Assembly: GCA_038874435.1 (NCBI GenBank)
Contig: JAVZCK010000001.1
Coordinates: 154,255 to 218,254, forward strand
Length of the DNA stretch: 64,000 nucleotides
Reading direction: 5' to 3'
DNA from: Thermoplasmata archaeon
GTDB lineage: Archaea > Thermoplasmatota > Thermoplasmata > Lutacidiplasmatales > SKW197
The notes beneath the pieces are model-generated. The model worked only from the letters and a program-made list of their open reading frames with translations. It made no database searches and was not told the DNA's origin. Below are positions 36,831 to 46,400 of this stretch, piece after piece; within the stretch, counting starts at the first letter, position 1; every line of letters starts with the position of its first letter. A program made the translations under genes and the position numbers.

Positions 36831-39288
36831 AAGTTTTTTCCCTTCTAGTGCGTAGAACGAACATAAAAAGAGTGAGCAAACTAAAAGCTGGGTATGGACA
36901 TTCTGAGATAGGTGTAAGCGAGATTTCTACATGCGTCTCTGCAAAATCGGAGATAGAGACGCTCTGGTTGTACCACTCATGGTTCTGGGCTGTTGCATTT
37001 ATTGAGTGTATCCCTGGCTTAAGTGAAATGTTAAACTTCCCATCGGAAACAGGAATTTCATTTCCATCAACATAAACCGTTGCACTTTCAGGAGAGATTG
37101 TGCCATTTAGCCAGCCACCATGCACCACGATTGAGAAATTGAAAACGAATGTCTGGTTGTCATTGTCGCTGGTGGTGAGGCTGCAGGTGTATATGCCAGG
37201 CTGTGTGAAATTAAGTCTCACATTTCCATAAAAGGTCTCGCTTGAGATGTTCCAGGTGTAATTCACTATGCATCCGTCATCAATGTCCTCAGCTAGCGAA
37301 GTATTCAGTACAAACTCCTCGCTCACATTTATTTCTATAGGTGAGGAAAAATGATAGAGATGGGGAAATTGTGATTTTATTCCTCCGATAAGCCAGCAGT
37401 TATTTCTGAATGCAGCGAAACCACCGCATAGTGCATGGTGCGCCTTCACATAACCTACATTATTTTCTATTCTGTCGGTAATTTCCACTGGTGCATTAAC
37501 GCCGTCCCAGACATACACCTGGGTTTCCACATAATTCTCAAGGCCAGTAACATTTCTCGTATGATTCCAGCCGACAATTAGAAAATATTGTCCGTTCCAC
37601 ACCACATCTGAAATATCCGTAGAATTTGCAAATAAACTCCCAAGCCGCTCAAAATTCTCGCCATCAAATTTAATTACCTGGCTTTCTGGTGGTGATGGAA
37701 TTCCATAGTTATCCCACGAGCTCTCTGCAGTTCCAAAAACCCAAAACTCTCCGTTCCAGGCAATTCTGTAGGTTCCAATGTCCCATACTGGTAAGTTTAG
37801 TTGGAGCGTCAAATCAGTCCAGTTCTCTCCACCATCCCAGACCACAATGTTCGCTGGCTTGTAAGAAGTTGCATTGTTGCTTGCATTTCCCACCATGATT
37901 AGCCAGTGTGTTCCATTCCATCCAATGCTCAAATGCTGCTCTCTCGTCCAGCCATTAGGCATACTCCATCCTAATTCCTCAAGCTTGGGTGTGAGATTTG
38001 TGAAACTTATGCCATCAAAAATGGCAAGGGAGTGTTCGGTATCTCCGATTAGCCAGTGTGTTCCATTCCACACCGCAGAGCAAATCGCACCCCATTTGAA
38101 CCGCCCAAAGGGTGAATTTGTCAGATTTATATTCGTAAAGTTCACTCCGTCGTAGGAAACAAGATATGGATACCCCTGTCCATCTCTGCAGGTGCCTCCA
38201 ATAAGCCAGTGTGTTCCATTCCACCCAACACCATAGACTTCGCCTGGAGTATATGGTGCTGTGGTATTCCTTACATCCTGGGTTATGTTAGTAACATTCG
38301 TCCCATTATACAGGTGAGGGTATGTGATAAGCACCCCGTTCTGGTCGGTCAGAGAGTAGAGCCATGTGGAATTGTTTGCGTAAACTGGATAGAGGAAGGT
38401 CTTATTTTCGTTTTCTCCAAGATGGAGGCCCAGCGTATCGCTCACATCTATAAAATAAGCGTTTTCCAGAAAGTAGGTTAAGTTACCTGGCTCCTCATTA
38501 ATTTGCATTCCCAAGTTTTTTAATCTGAGATTTACATTTTTCAGCGGGGCATCGTACTTTCCATCCCATCCAATCATGCAGAAAAGGACAGAATAATTCT
38601 CAACGGCTCTGAGCTTGGATTTTAAAACACCCACTTCCATTGCACTGGCACCAATCCCACAGTCAACCATGGTTGCAATTTTCCATAACCACTGGCTGTT
38701 ATCATTTCCCTGATATTCAAGAAGGTAACTTGAGGAAACTCTGTGATTTTTTCCTGTAATCTGAACCGCATAATCAGAACCGAAATTCTCAGAGAGAAAA
38801 TACCCTGTGCTGGCATTTGCATCCGTATCAATGAAGATGTAAGCTACATCCTCTCCCCTGCCCCTGGGTATTTTTGTTATCACTTCATCTGGAATTGTAG
38901 TTTCACAGCCTGAAAATGCGATTTCTTTTCCATCTCCAGCCATTATACAGTCGTAAGTTTTGAGGTAGAAAAAGAGAAAGTTCCCTTCTTCAGAGTAAGC
39001 GTACTCTTGCAGGTCTACATTTGGAGAAATAAAGGGATTGTACTCATCAGTTATTCTCGGAATGCCTTCCCAATCCTCAAATTTACCGTCAATTTTTATT
39101 ATCTTTGTGTCTGCAAGATTTTGAGGTTGCACCTGCCAGACTGCAAGGAAGAAAAAAAATACGAATAGCGTTGCCCACAACACGGTCAGAGGCTTGTCCT
39201 TCTGTACATGCTTTTTCCCACCAAACAACTCTCTTCCATTCGTTAATCCGTTGTAGCTTCTTAAGCTTTTTCTCATACTCCTACCCAC
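36781..39288 (-). CDS. Surface protein (835 aa). Cytoplasmic 'NGLTNG' motif, signal-anchor TM, 'IDGKFEDWEGI' domain, ~6 'WNGTHWLIGG'-type beta-propeller blades, Ig/PKD-like domain, C-terminal TM plus basic tail
   Basis: The N-terminal ~120 aa are collinear with the N-termini and extracellular starts of the two beta-helix giants. 3' end overlaps the recJ-like gene convergently by ~50 nt. Confidence 0.7.
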   Translation of the reverse strand: MGRSMRKSLRSYNGLTNGRELFGGKKHVQKDKPLTVLWATLFVFFFFLAVWQVQPQNLADTKIIKIDGKFEDWEGIPRITDEYNPFISPNVDLQEYAYSEEGNFLFFYLKTYDCIMAGDGKEIAFSGCETTIPDEVITKIPRGRGEDVAYIFIDTDANASTGYFLSENFGSDYAVQITGKNHRVSSSYLLEYQGNDNSQWLWKIATMVDCGIGASAMEVGVLKSKLRAVENYSVLFCMIGWDGKYDAPLKNVNLRLKNLGMQINEEPGNLTYFLENAYFIDVSDTLGLHLGENENKTFLYPVYANNSTWLYSLTDQNGVLITYPHLYNGTNVTNITQDVRNTTAPYTPGEVYGVGWNGTHWLIGGTCRDGQGYPYLVSYDGVNFTNINLTNSPFGRFKWGAICSAVWNGTHWLIGDTEHSLAIFDGISFTNLTPKLEELGWSMPNGWTREQHLSIGWNGTHWLIMVGNASNNATSYKPANIVVWDGGENWTDLTLQLNLPVWDIGTYRIAWNGEFWVFGTAESSWDNYGIPSPPESQVIKFDGENFERLGSLFANSTDISDVVWNGQYFLIVGWNHTRNVTGLENYVETQVYVWDGVNAPVEITDRIENNVGYVKAHHALCGGFAAFRNNCWLIGGIKSQFPHLYHFSSPIEINVSEEFVLNTSLAEDIDDGCIVNYTWNISSETFYGNVRLNFTQPGIYTCSLTTSDNDNQTFVFNFSIVVHGGWLNGTISPESATVYVDGNEIPVSDGKFNISLKPGIHSINATAQNHEWYNQSVSISDFAETHVEISLTPISECPYPAFSLLTLFMFVLRTRREKTFRRHYPTVPSRFHRPV

Positions 39289-40073
39289 ACATTTTCCAGA
39301 ATTTTTCGCACAGCGTTAACTGCAGAAAGCGCAGCAAGATAGCTCGTCTTTGGATTGTGCGGAAATGGCTTGTTTCTCGTCTCGAGCAACATCTCTCCAA
39401 AATCTCCTTTCACAATGATGCGATGGGTATTCATATTGATAGATGGGTCAACCACAATCCTTACCTTTGTTTTATCGAAGCCCATACCAGCTAATGAAAG
39501 CGTCGCAGCAACATTCACATTCTTCGGAAATTTTTTCACAGCTTCTCTTGCCATGCCCTCGTAAATCACAACCTCTCTTGTTATCTCCTCTTTCTTCAGT
39601 CCGTGCTCTGCTAAGATTGCCTCTTCAAAAGCAGAAGGAGGTTTTCTGGTTTCCAGCGTGATTTCATAGATGCCCGCACCCTTAACAGCAGAAACTGCAT
39701 CAATACCTGCAATAGCACCAGATGGGATGTAAACCCTCGCACTTTTCTCAGCTGCAAGCGCAAAAATTTTCTCACGCAATGCATCGTCAGCAAGTGCGCC
39801 AACACTTAAGATAAGTACATCTACACCATGCTCCAATACGACTGGTACATAGACCGCTACTGCTTGTTGAGAAGCACATTCTATGGCAAGATCCACATCG
39901 GAAAGCACTTTTGGGAAATCGCACCTAACCGCCTTTGGAAACTTTGCAGACAAGGCCTCAATGTATTCTGGTTTATTATCTACAAGGAAGATTTTTTCAA
40001 TTTTTTTTTCCTGTTGGAGAGCACGAGTGATTGCAGTTCCAATTGCACCGCATCCGATTATCAGCACCTTCAT
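39273..40073 (-). CDS. nadX: L-aspartate dehydrogenase
   Basis: 'MKVLIIGCGAIG', 'YIPSGAIAGIDA', 'ITLETRKPP' and 'NPKTS' are collinear with NadX (TM1643 family). 266 aa. Confidence 0.8.
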   Translation of the reverse strand: MKVLIIGCGAIGTAITRALQQEKKIEKIFLVDNKPEYIEALSAKFPKAVRCDFPKVLSDVDLAIECASQQAVAVYVPVVLEHGVDVLILSVGALADDALREKIFALAAEKSARVYIPSGAIAGIDAVSAVKGAGIYEITLETRKPPSAFEEAILAEHGLKKEEITREVVIYEGMAREAVKKFPKNVNVAATLSLAGMGFDKTKVRIVVDPSINMNTHRIIVKGDFGEMLLETRNKPFPHNPKTSYLAALSAVNAVRKILENVWVGV

Positions 40074-41245
40074 TTCTTCATCGCCTTCTTCAACTCCTCA
40101 ATCAGCAACGGAACAACCTTCTGGTAATCCCCAACAATTCCATAGTCCGCTACATTGAAGATTGGAGCTTCAGGGTCCTTGTTGATTGCAATAATTACTT
40201 TTGAGTCCTTCATTCCAACCAAGTGCTGGATTGTGCCGCTGATTCCGCAGGCAATGTAGAGTTTTGGTGCCACTGTAATACCACTCTGCCCCACCTGTGC
40301 TGACTTTGGCATCCATCCCAGGTCAACAGCTACTCTTGAAGCACCTACCGCACCGCCAAGCAACTCAGCCAGTTCTTCAAGTAACTTGAAACCCTCTTTC
40401 GAGCCAATTCCTCTGCCTCCAGAGACGATGATATCTGCCTCATCTATCTTCTTCATTCCCGGCGTTGCAGTTTTCACAATTTCTTTAATCACAGTCCTGA
40501 TTGTATGTTCCTTAATATCAACTGGAACTACAACCACCTCTGCCTTCCGCGGGTTCTCGGCCTTTTTGAACACATTCGGTCTCACAGTTGCCATCTGTGG
40601 CCTAGTGTTCGGGCAAAGAATGTCTGCCATCACATTGCCACCGAAGGCCGGGCGTGTCTGCAAAAGCAAGCCATCTTTTATGCTCAATCCTGTGCAGTCA
40701 GCGGTTAAGCCAAGCCCAAGTGCTGCTGCAACTCTCGGAGCCAAATCTCTACCGACTTTTGTTGCAGGGAAAAGCATGATGTTGGGTTTGTACTTTGAAA
40801 TCAGTCCAACAATTACAGGAGAATATGCATCTGTGGTATAGGGTTCTAGCATCTTGTGCTCTGCTACATAAACTACATCTGCACCATGTTTCTCAAGTAA
40901 TTCTACATTTGATTTTATATTGGCACCAAGCAGAACTGCACATACTCGCTGGTTCAAAGCATCAGCAAGTTCTCTCGCCTTTGTTGTAAGTTCCAGAGCA
41001 ACACTCTTTAATTTCTCGCCTTCACACTCAGCAAACACCCAGACATCACGGAAACTAGATAGGTCAGCACTTACGGCTTTCCTTTCAATTGTAATGGCCT
41101 TTACAGGACACACTTGCACACAAGCGCCGCAGAGCACACAAGCATCACCAATAACTGCCTTTTTTTCTACAATTGTTATTGCGCCAAACGGGCAGGTTTT
41201 AGCACAGATACCACAACCAATGCATTTTTCGCTGACTGTAATCAT
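40070..41245 (-). CDS. etfA: Electron transfer flavoprotein alpha subunit with an N-terminal 2x[4Fe-4S] ferredoxin domain (FixB-like)
   Basis: 'CIGCGICAKTCP' and 'CVLCGACVQVCP', followed by an EtfA FAD-binding domain. Confidence 0.8.
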   Translation of the reverse strand: MITVSEKCIGCGICAKTCPFGAITIVEKKAVIGDACVLCGACVQVCPVKAITIERKAVSADLSSFRDVWVFAECEGEKLKSVALELTTKARELADALNQRVCAVLLGANIKSNVELLEKHGADVVYVAEHKMLEPYTTDAYSPVIVGLISKYKPNIMLFPATKVGRDLAPRVAAALGLGLTADCTGLSIKDGLLLQTRPAFGGNVMADILCPNTRPQMATVRPNVFKKAENPRKAEVVVVPVDIKEHTIRTVIKEIVKTATPGMKKIDEADIIVSGGRGIGSKEGFKLLEELAELLGGAVGASRVAVDLGWMPKSAQVGQSGITVAPKLYIACGISGTIQHLVGMKDSKVIIAINKDPEAPIFNVADYGIVGDYQKVVPLLIEELKKAMKK

Positions 41246-42046
41246 TTATATCACCTTCTTCTCCATCAGAGCTTCAACTATTTTCTTTACACTCTCTTCC
41301 ACATTTTCGGTGTAGACCACGCCTTTACCACGAACTGGTGGTGAATACACTCTTGAAACCTGTGTTGGTGAGCCAGATAAACCGAACCTGTTTTTGTCTC
41401 CACCCAGTGTCTCAGCAGTCCAGGTTTCAAATGGCTTCTTGTTTGCCTTGAGAATTGCAGCCATCGAAGGGTTTGAAGGTTCAAAGGAGGAAGGTGTGGA
41501 GCATGTAATAAGCACAGGCAACTTCACTTCCACCACTTTATAGCCATCATCGGTCAAGCTTTTCACAGTGAGTTTGTTGTTTTCAAAACCTAGAATTGAA
41601 TCCACATAAGTTACCTGTGGAATACCCAGATGCTGTGCAACTTCTGGACCTACCTGAGCAGTGTCTCCATCAATTGCCTGCTGCCCGCAGAAGACAATGT
41701 CAAATTTTCCAAGTTTTTTCACAGCTTCTGCGAGTGTGAGAGAGGTTGCCCAAGTGTCTGCACCTGCAAACGCCCTATCGCTGAGCAGAATACCTTTATC
41801 GGCACCCAGAGCCAAGCATTTCATAATTGCGGATTTTGCCTGCGGTGGCCCCATTGAAATTACAGTCACATTTACAGGTGTTTTATCTCTGATTTTTTCC
41901 CGCAGGCGAAGGGCTTCTTCAAGTGCAAACTGGTCGAATGGATTCAGTATGCTCGGAACTCCGTCTCTTATTAAGGTGCCAGTTTTAGGGTCCACTTTAA
42001 CTTCCGTTGTATCAGGCACCTGTTTCACAAGAACTACGAATTCCAT
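41246..42046 (-). CDS. etfB: Electron transfer flavoprotein beta subunit (FixA-like)
   Basis: 'MEFVVLVKQVPDTTEVKVDPKTGTL' is the typical EtfB N-terminus. Confidence 0.8.
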   Translation of the reverse strand: MEFVVLVKQVPDTTEVKVDPKTGTLIRDGVPSILNPFDQFALEEALRLREKIRDKTPVNVTVISMGPPQAKSAIMKCLALGADKGILLSDRAFAGADTWATSLTLAEAVKKLGKFDIVFCGQQAIDGDTAQVGPEVAQHLGIPQVTYVDSILGFENNKLTVKSLTDDGYKVVEVKLPVLITCSTPSSFEPSNPSMAAILKANKKPFETWTAETLGGDKNRFGLSGSPTQVSRVYSPPVRGKGVVYTENVEESVKKIVEALMEKKVI

Positions 42047-42064
42047 AAAATCACCTGGCTTTTT

Positions 42065-43273
42065 CTATCTGTAGGGTATGAACTCCTTACCAAGCAATTC
42101 TCTGCCTACAATTATTCTCATGATTTCCTTTGAACCTTCAGCCCAGCCAAATGAACGCACGGCTCGCCAAGCACATTGGTCTGGACATTCCTTAGTGTAG
42201 CCAAAAGCACCCTGCCACTGCATCACATCGTCAATTGCCGCACATGCCCACTCCTGAGCAAACAGCTTAGCCATTGCAATTGCCTTTGCAGTTTCAAACC
42301 TCTTTGCCTTCCCTTTCTGTTCAAGGTCAAAGGTATGCATTGCCTTGTATGCCATGTCCTTCAGCATTGAGAGCTTTGTATAATGCTCTGCAAGTTTAAA
42401 CTGGATACCTTCGAATTTGCCGATGGGTGTGCCAAAGCACTTTCTTTGCTTGATGTAGTTCATGCCATTCTCCAATGACTTCAGGCCAGCAGATGCACAG
42501 ATCATCGAGATCAGGCCTCGGGCAAATTCATAACCCTCATGCACAATGTAGAATCCCTTATTTTCCTCGCCTATCAAATAGTGTTTTGGAATCTCTACAT
42601 TATCTATTGTAAAGCCGCCTGTAGAGATACCCTCTCTGCCAAGGTCATCTACATAGGTAGGTGTTATGCCCTTACTCTGCAGCGGGAGATAGAAGAGCGT
42701 CATTCCTCTTGTCCCAAGCTCTGGCGTCTGTTTCGCAATTGTAACATGGCCTCCTCCTCTTGTGTATGCCTCTCTTACGCCAGAAATATACATTTTCTCG
42801 CCATTTACAATGTAGCCCTTTTCTGTGGGTGTAATTCTCGTCCTTGTGGAACCAAGGTCTGAGCCCGCATCACTTTCTGTCGTAGCGATTCCTAGGAACC
42901 ACTCTCCTTTTGTCACCTTCGGAAAAACTTCACTCTTGCATTCATGGGTTCCGTACTTGTTCAGAACATGACCCCAGGAGGCCTGAATGAGATAGAATAC
43001 TGGTATCGATCCTGTTGGGTCCACCCTTGCAAGTTCCTCTGCGACTATTGCACAGGTAACCGCATCAAAACCAACACCACCATATTCTGGGGAGGCAGTA
43101 GGGGCAATTATTCCGAGTTCTGCCATGCCCTTCACAATGTCCAATGGAATTTCCCTGGTTTCCTCCATTTTGAGTGCAATAGGTGCAATCTTGCGCTCTG
43201 CAAACTCCCTGACACTCTGCCTTATCATTTCCTGTTCTTCAGTAAAGGTATAATCCATTTCCACCACCAACAA
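42065..43273 (-). CDS. Acyl-CoA dehydrogenase (butyryl-CoA dehydrogenase-like)
   Basis: 402 aa with the ACAD fold. 'TEEQEMIRQSVREFAE' N-terminus and C-terminal 'QWQGAFGYTKE...IYEGS'-like region. Confidence 0.85.
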   Translation of the reverse strand: MLVVEMDYTFTEEQEMIRQSVREFAERKIAPIALKMEETREIPLDIVKGMAELGIIAPTASPEYGGVGFDAVTCAIVAEELARVDPTGSIPVFYLIQASWGHVLNKYGTHECKSEVFPKVTKGEWFLGIATTESDAGSDLGSTRTRITPTEKGYIVNGEKMYISGVREAYTRGGGHVTIAKQTPELGTRGMTLFYLPLQSKGITPTYVDDLGREGISTGGFTIDNVEIPKHYLIGEENKGFYIVHEGYEFARGLISMICASAGLKSLENGMNYIKQRKCFGTPIGKFEGIQFKLAEHYTKLSMLKDMAYKAMHTFDLEQKGKAKRFETAKAIAMAKLFAQEWACAAIDDVMQWQGAFGYTKECPDQCAWRAVRSFGWAEGSKEIMRIIVGRELLGKEFIPYR

Positions 43274-43407
43274 GGGATAAGGTAAATGTGTATAAATAAT
43301 TAAGGGTGTTTTTTTATGTTACTATCAATGAGGGAACATTTTCTTGCGAGAAATGGCAATTGAAACTGCCAGAAGTCGCTTCCCAGAAGGGAAAATTAAA
43401 CAAAACA

Positions 43408-43418
43408 TATATATAGCA
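43408..43418 (+). promoter_or_regulatory. TATA-like element (acatatatata) upstream of the subtilase gene
   Basis: ~35 nt upstream of ATG 43452. GGAGG at 43441-43445. Confidence 0.4.
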
Positions 43419-43451
43419 CAGATGTATCTTCCTCCTAACAGGAGGCTTAAA

Positions 43452-46400
43452 ATGCTGAGAAAAGTAGGAAGTATATTGGTAGTGACTGCAATGATAGCAG
43501 CGGCACTTATAGTTTTGACACAACCAGTGAATGCAGCGTCGCAGACAAATGTGCCCGGATTGGCTGAGAAAGTACCTCCTAAGCTTCTAAATGGGCCGAA
43601 AGACGATAAGGTGAAGGTGTACATAGTCACCACGGACATAAACGAACTGGGTAACGCCCTTAGGAGTTTGGGAGTGGATACGAAGATTGGAAGTGTGCCT
43701 GCAAAGAAGAGATTGATGTTCCCAGTAGTGGAAGTTCCAAGGGCAATTTTGTCCGAGGTCTCCAAGCTGGGGAGTGTTATGCAGGTAATGGAATACAAGT
43801 ATCCGGAGATCGACAGACTCCCAGAGGAATATGTGAAGGCAGTTAATGACGATGTGATTACAAAAGCAAGCGGTGGTGTTGCACCTCAGATGTACTTTGC
43901 CACCCAGCATCACCATGCAGCAGATGCATGGGCAAGTGGATTTACTGGCAAAGGTGTCAACATTGCGATAGTAGACACGGGTGTGGACTTTGGCAACCCT
44001 GACCTTCAAGGCGTGCAGGCAAGGGTGACTGATACAACATCTCCATACTATGGATATCCAATTGTGTTTGACTCAAGCTCTCTGCTGATCTACCTTGCTT
44101 ATGATGGTTGGGCACCACTGGGCTATTCATGGTTTGCGGACACAAGCTATGAAAGTGATGCCACACCAGAGGGCTATGTTCCGTTTGACGGCAACTGGTA
44201 TTGTGTAGATGGCATTCCATCATACACAGGCAAGTATCACCTTGGCTATCATCCAGATGTAAATCTGCAATCCGCATACTTATCAGCCGGATATGAACAC
44301 ATGGTAGCTGTACTGGTAAGTGCGGAGAACAGAACTGGTGACCCATCTATATATGACACGGTCTATGTGGACCTTGACAACGACCTTGACTTCACAGATG
44401 AAAAGCCATGTTACATCTGGAGGTCTGCATCAGACCCAATGGATGCAGAAATATCATGGTCTGACAACTACAATGCAACCTCTGGTGAGTACGGAGACAC
44501 ATATGACAGCGGTGACGGGTTTGCAGACATATCTGGGGGTATGATTTATTTCATAGCAGATGGAAATAAGTACATTCCATACGAAGACCTCTATGCATCA
44601 TACTATGGAGTGTCCCCAATTCTGCCTGATAACGGCTGTCTCGTAGCATTCTCTTTGGACAATGATGGCCATGGTACTGGATGCTCAGGCACTGCAGCAG
44701 GACAAGGTAGAATCCCATTCGCAGGTGCTGATGGAAACCTGTACTACCTGGGTAAAGGCATGGCACCGGATGCAAAGATCATAAATGTGCCAATATTCAA
44801 TGTACTCTCAGATACCTACGATGCCTGGTTCTTCGCAGTTGAGGGATATGATGGCGACCCAACCACCCCAGAGGATGGTGCTCAGATTTGCTCAAACAGC
44901 TTTGGCTATTCCAGCAGTTACGATGATGGCTGGAATATGATAGACAGGTATCTCTATTTCATTGCTGCAATGTATGCAGGTGGAGTCACAACATTCACAA
45001 TCGCAAATGGCAACGGAGGACCAGGCTACGGCACAATCACCACACCAACAAATCCATATGTGGTGAATGTTGGTGCAGCAACGGAAATGGGTTACAGAAT
45101 TCCCTACGGTTATGAATCTGGCACTGGTGGTGCTAAGTACGGCGATATAATTCCATTCTCCGGCAGGGGCCCAACAGCAATGGGATATCACGGACCCGAC
45201 ATTGTAGCAGTAGGAGCCTATGGCTGGGCGGCAATTCCATTATGGCAGATTTTTGATGGTTCTGCTGCTGGAGACCTGTTCAGTGGAACAAGTCAGGCAT
45301 GTCCTGCTGCTGCAGGTGCATTGGCGCTTATTTATGACGCTACTAAACAGGCCACCGGCACCTTCCCGACAGCTACAGTCGCCAAACGTTATCTGACACT
45401 TGGTGCAGATGATATCCACTATGATGTTTTCTCTCAGGGCTCTGGCTACATCAACTGCAAGCGCTCAGTTGACATTGCGGCAAGAGTGGCTGGAATTTAC
45501 TCAACCCTGAGTTTCTGGCAGCCTGGCACAAGCACAGGTTTGCCTGGCGGCAGCAAACCAACGATGTTTGCAAAGATGATGTTCCCAGGAACCTCAGATT
45601 CAACAACATTTACTTTGTACAATGATTACCACTCGAATGTAATGGTACATTTGGATGCTAAGCAGATTGTGAAGATAGGCGAGGCAACCACAGACCTCAC
45701 AACAACTGAGACAGTGAACAGGTGGTGGCTGAAACTGAGCGACCTCATTACTAATAGCACCCTTAGAAACAGTACACAATTGCTTAAAGTGACTGCCTAC
45801 TACGATTATTCCGTATTTGATATGAAAAATGATTACACAGATGATGTGGTCTATAGAGTTGACATTCACGACTGGACTGATGCAAACGGAAATGGTGTGA
45901 TGGACAACAAGACCCTAAACCAAGAATTCAACAGATACACAGTAGAACTTGTAACAGGTAATGTCCAGGAGGCATGGATTCATGACCCAGTAGCAAGGAG
46001 CCACGACGATACAATCATAGAGGTAAGACCGTACAAATACAAGTATAGCACTCATGGCCCTGTCACAATCCACTTGCTGCTTGAATGTTATGCCCAGCAG
46101 GATTGGCCATTGATTACCTTCTCCCAGAATGACTTCATACTGGCTCCTTATGGACAGACTGGTTACAGCAGGAGTATCACCGCAAACATTGCAGTGCCTT
46201 CAGATTATGGTGTGGGCTGTTATGAAGGAGCAATTATAATCGACGATGGCACAAACACATCAGTTATACCGGTATCTCTGAATGTAGCAGGCAACTTCAC
46301 AAACGATGCTTTTGTGTTTGGAAGCAACACACTTGACACAATCTATGAGAACAGCAAGGTGAGAGGTAAGTACGACTGGGGCTGGAGAGCAGAAACCGGT

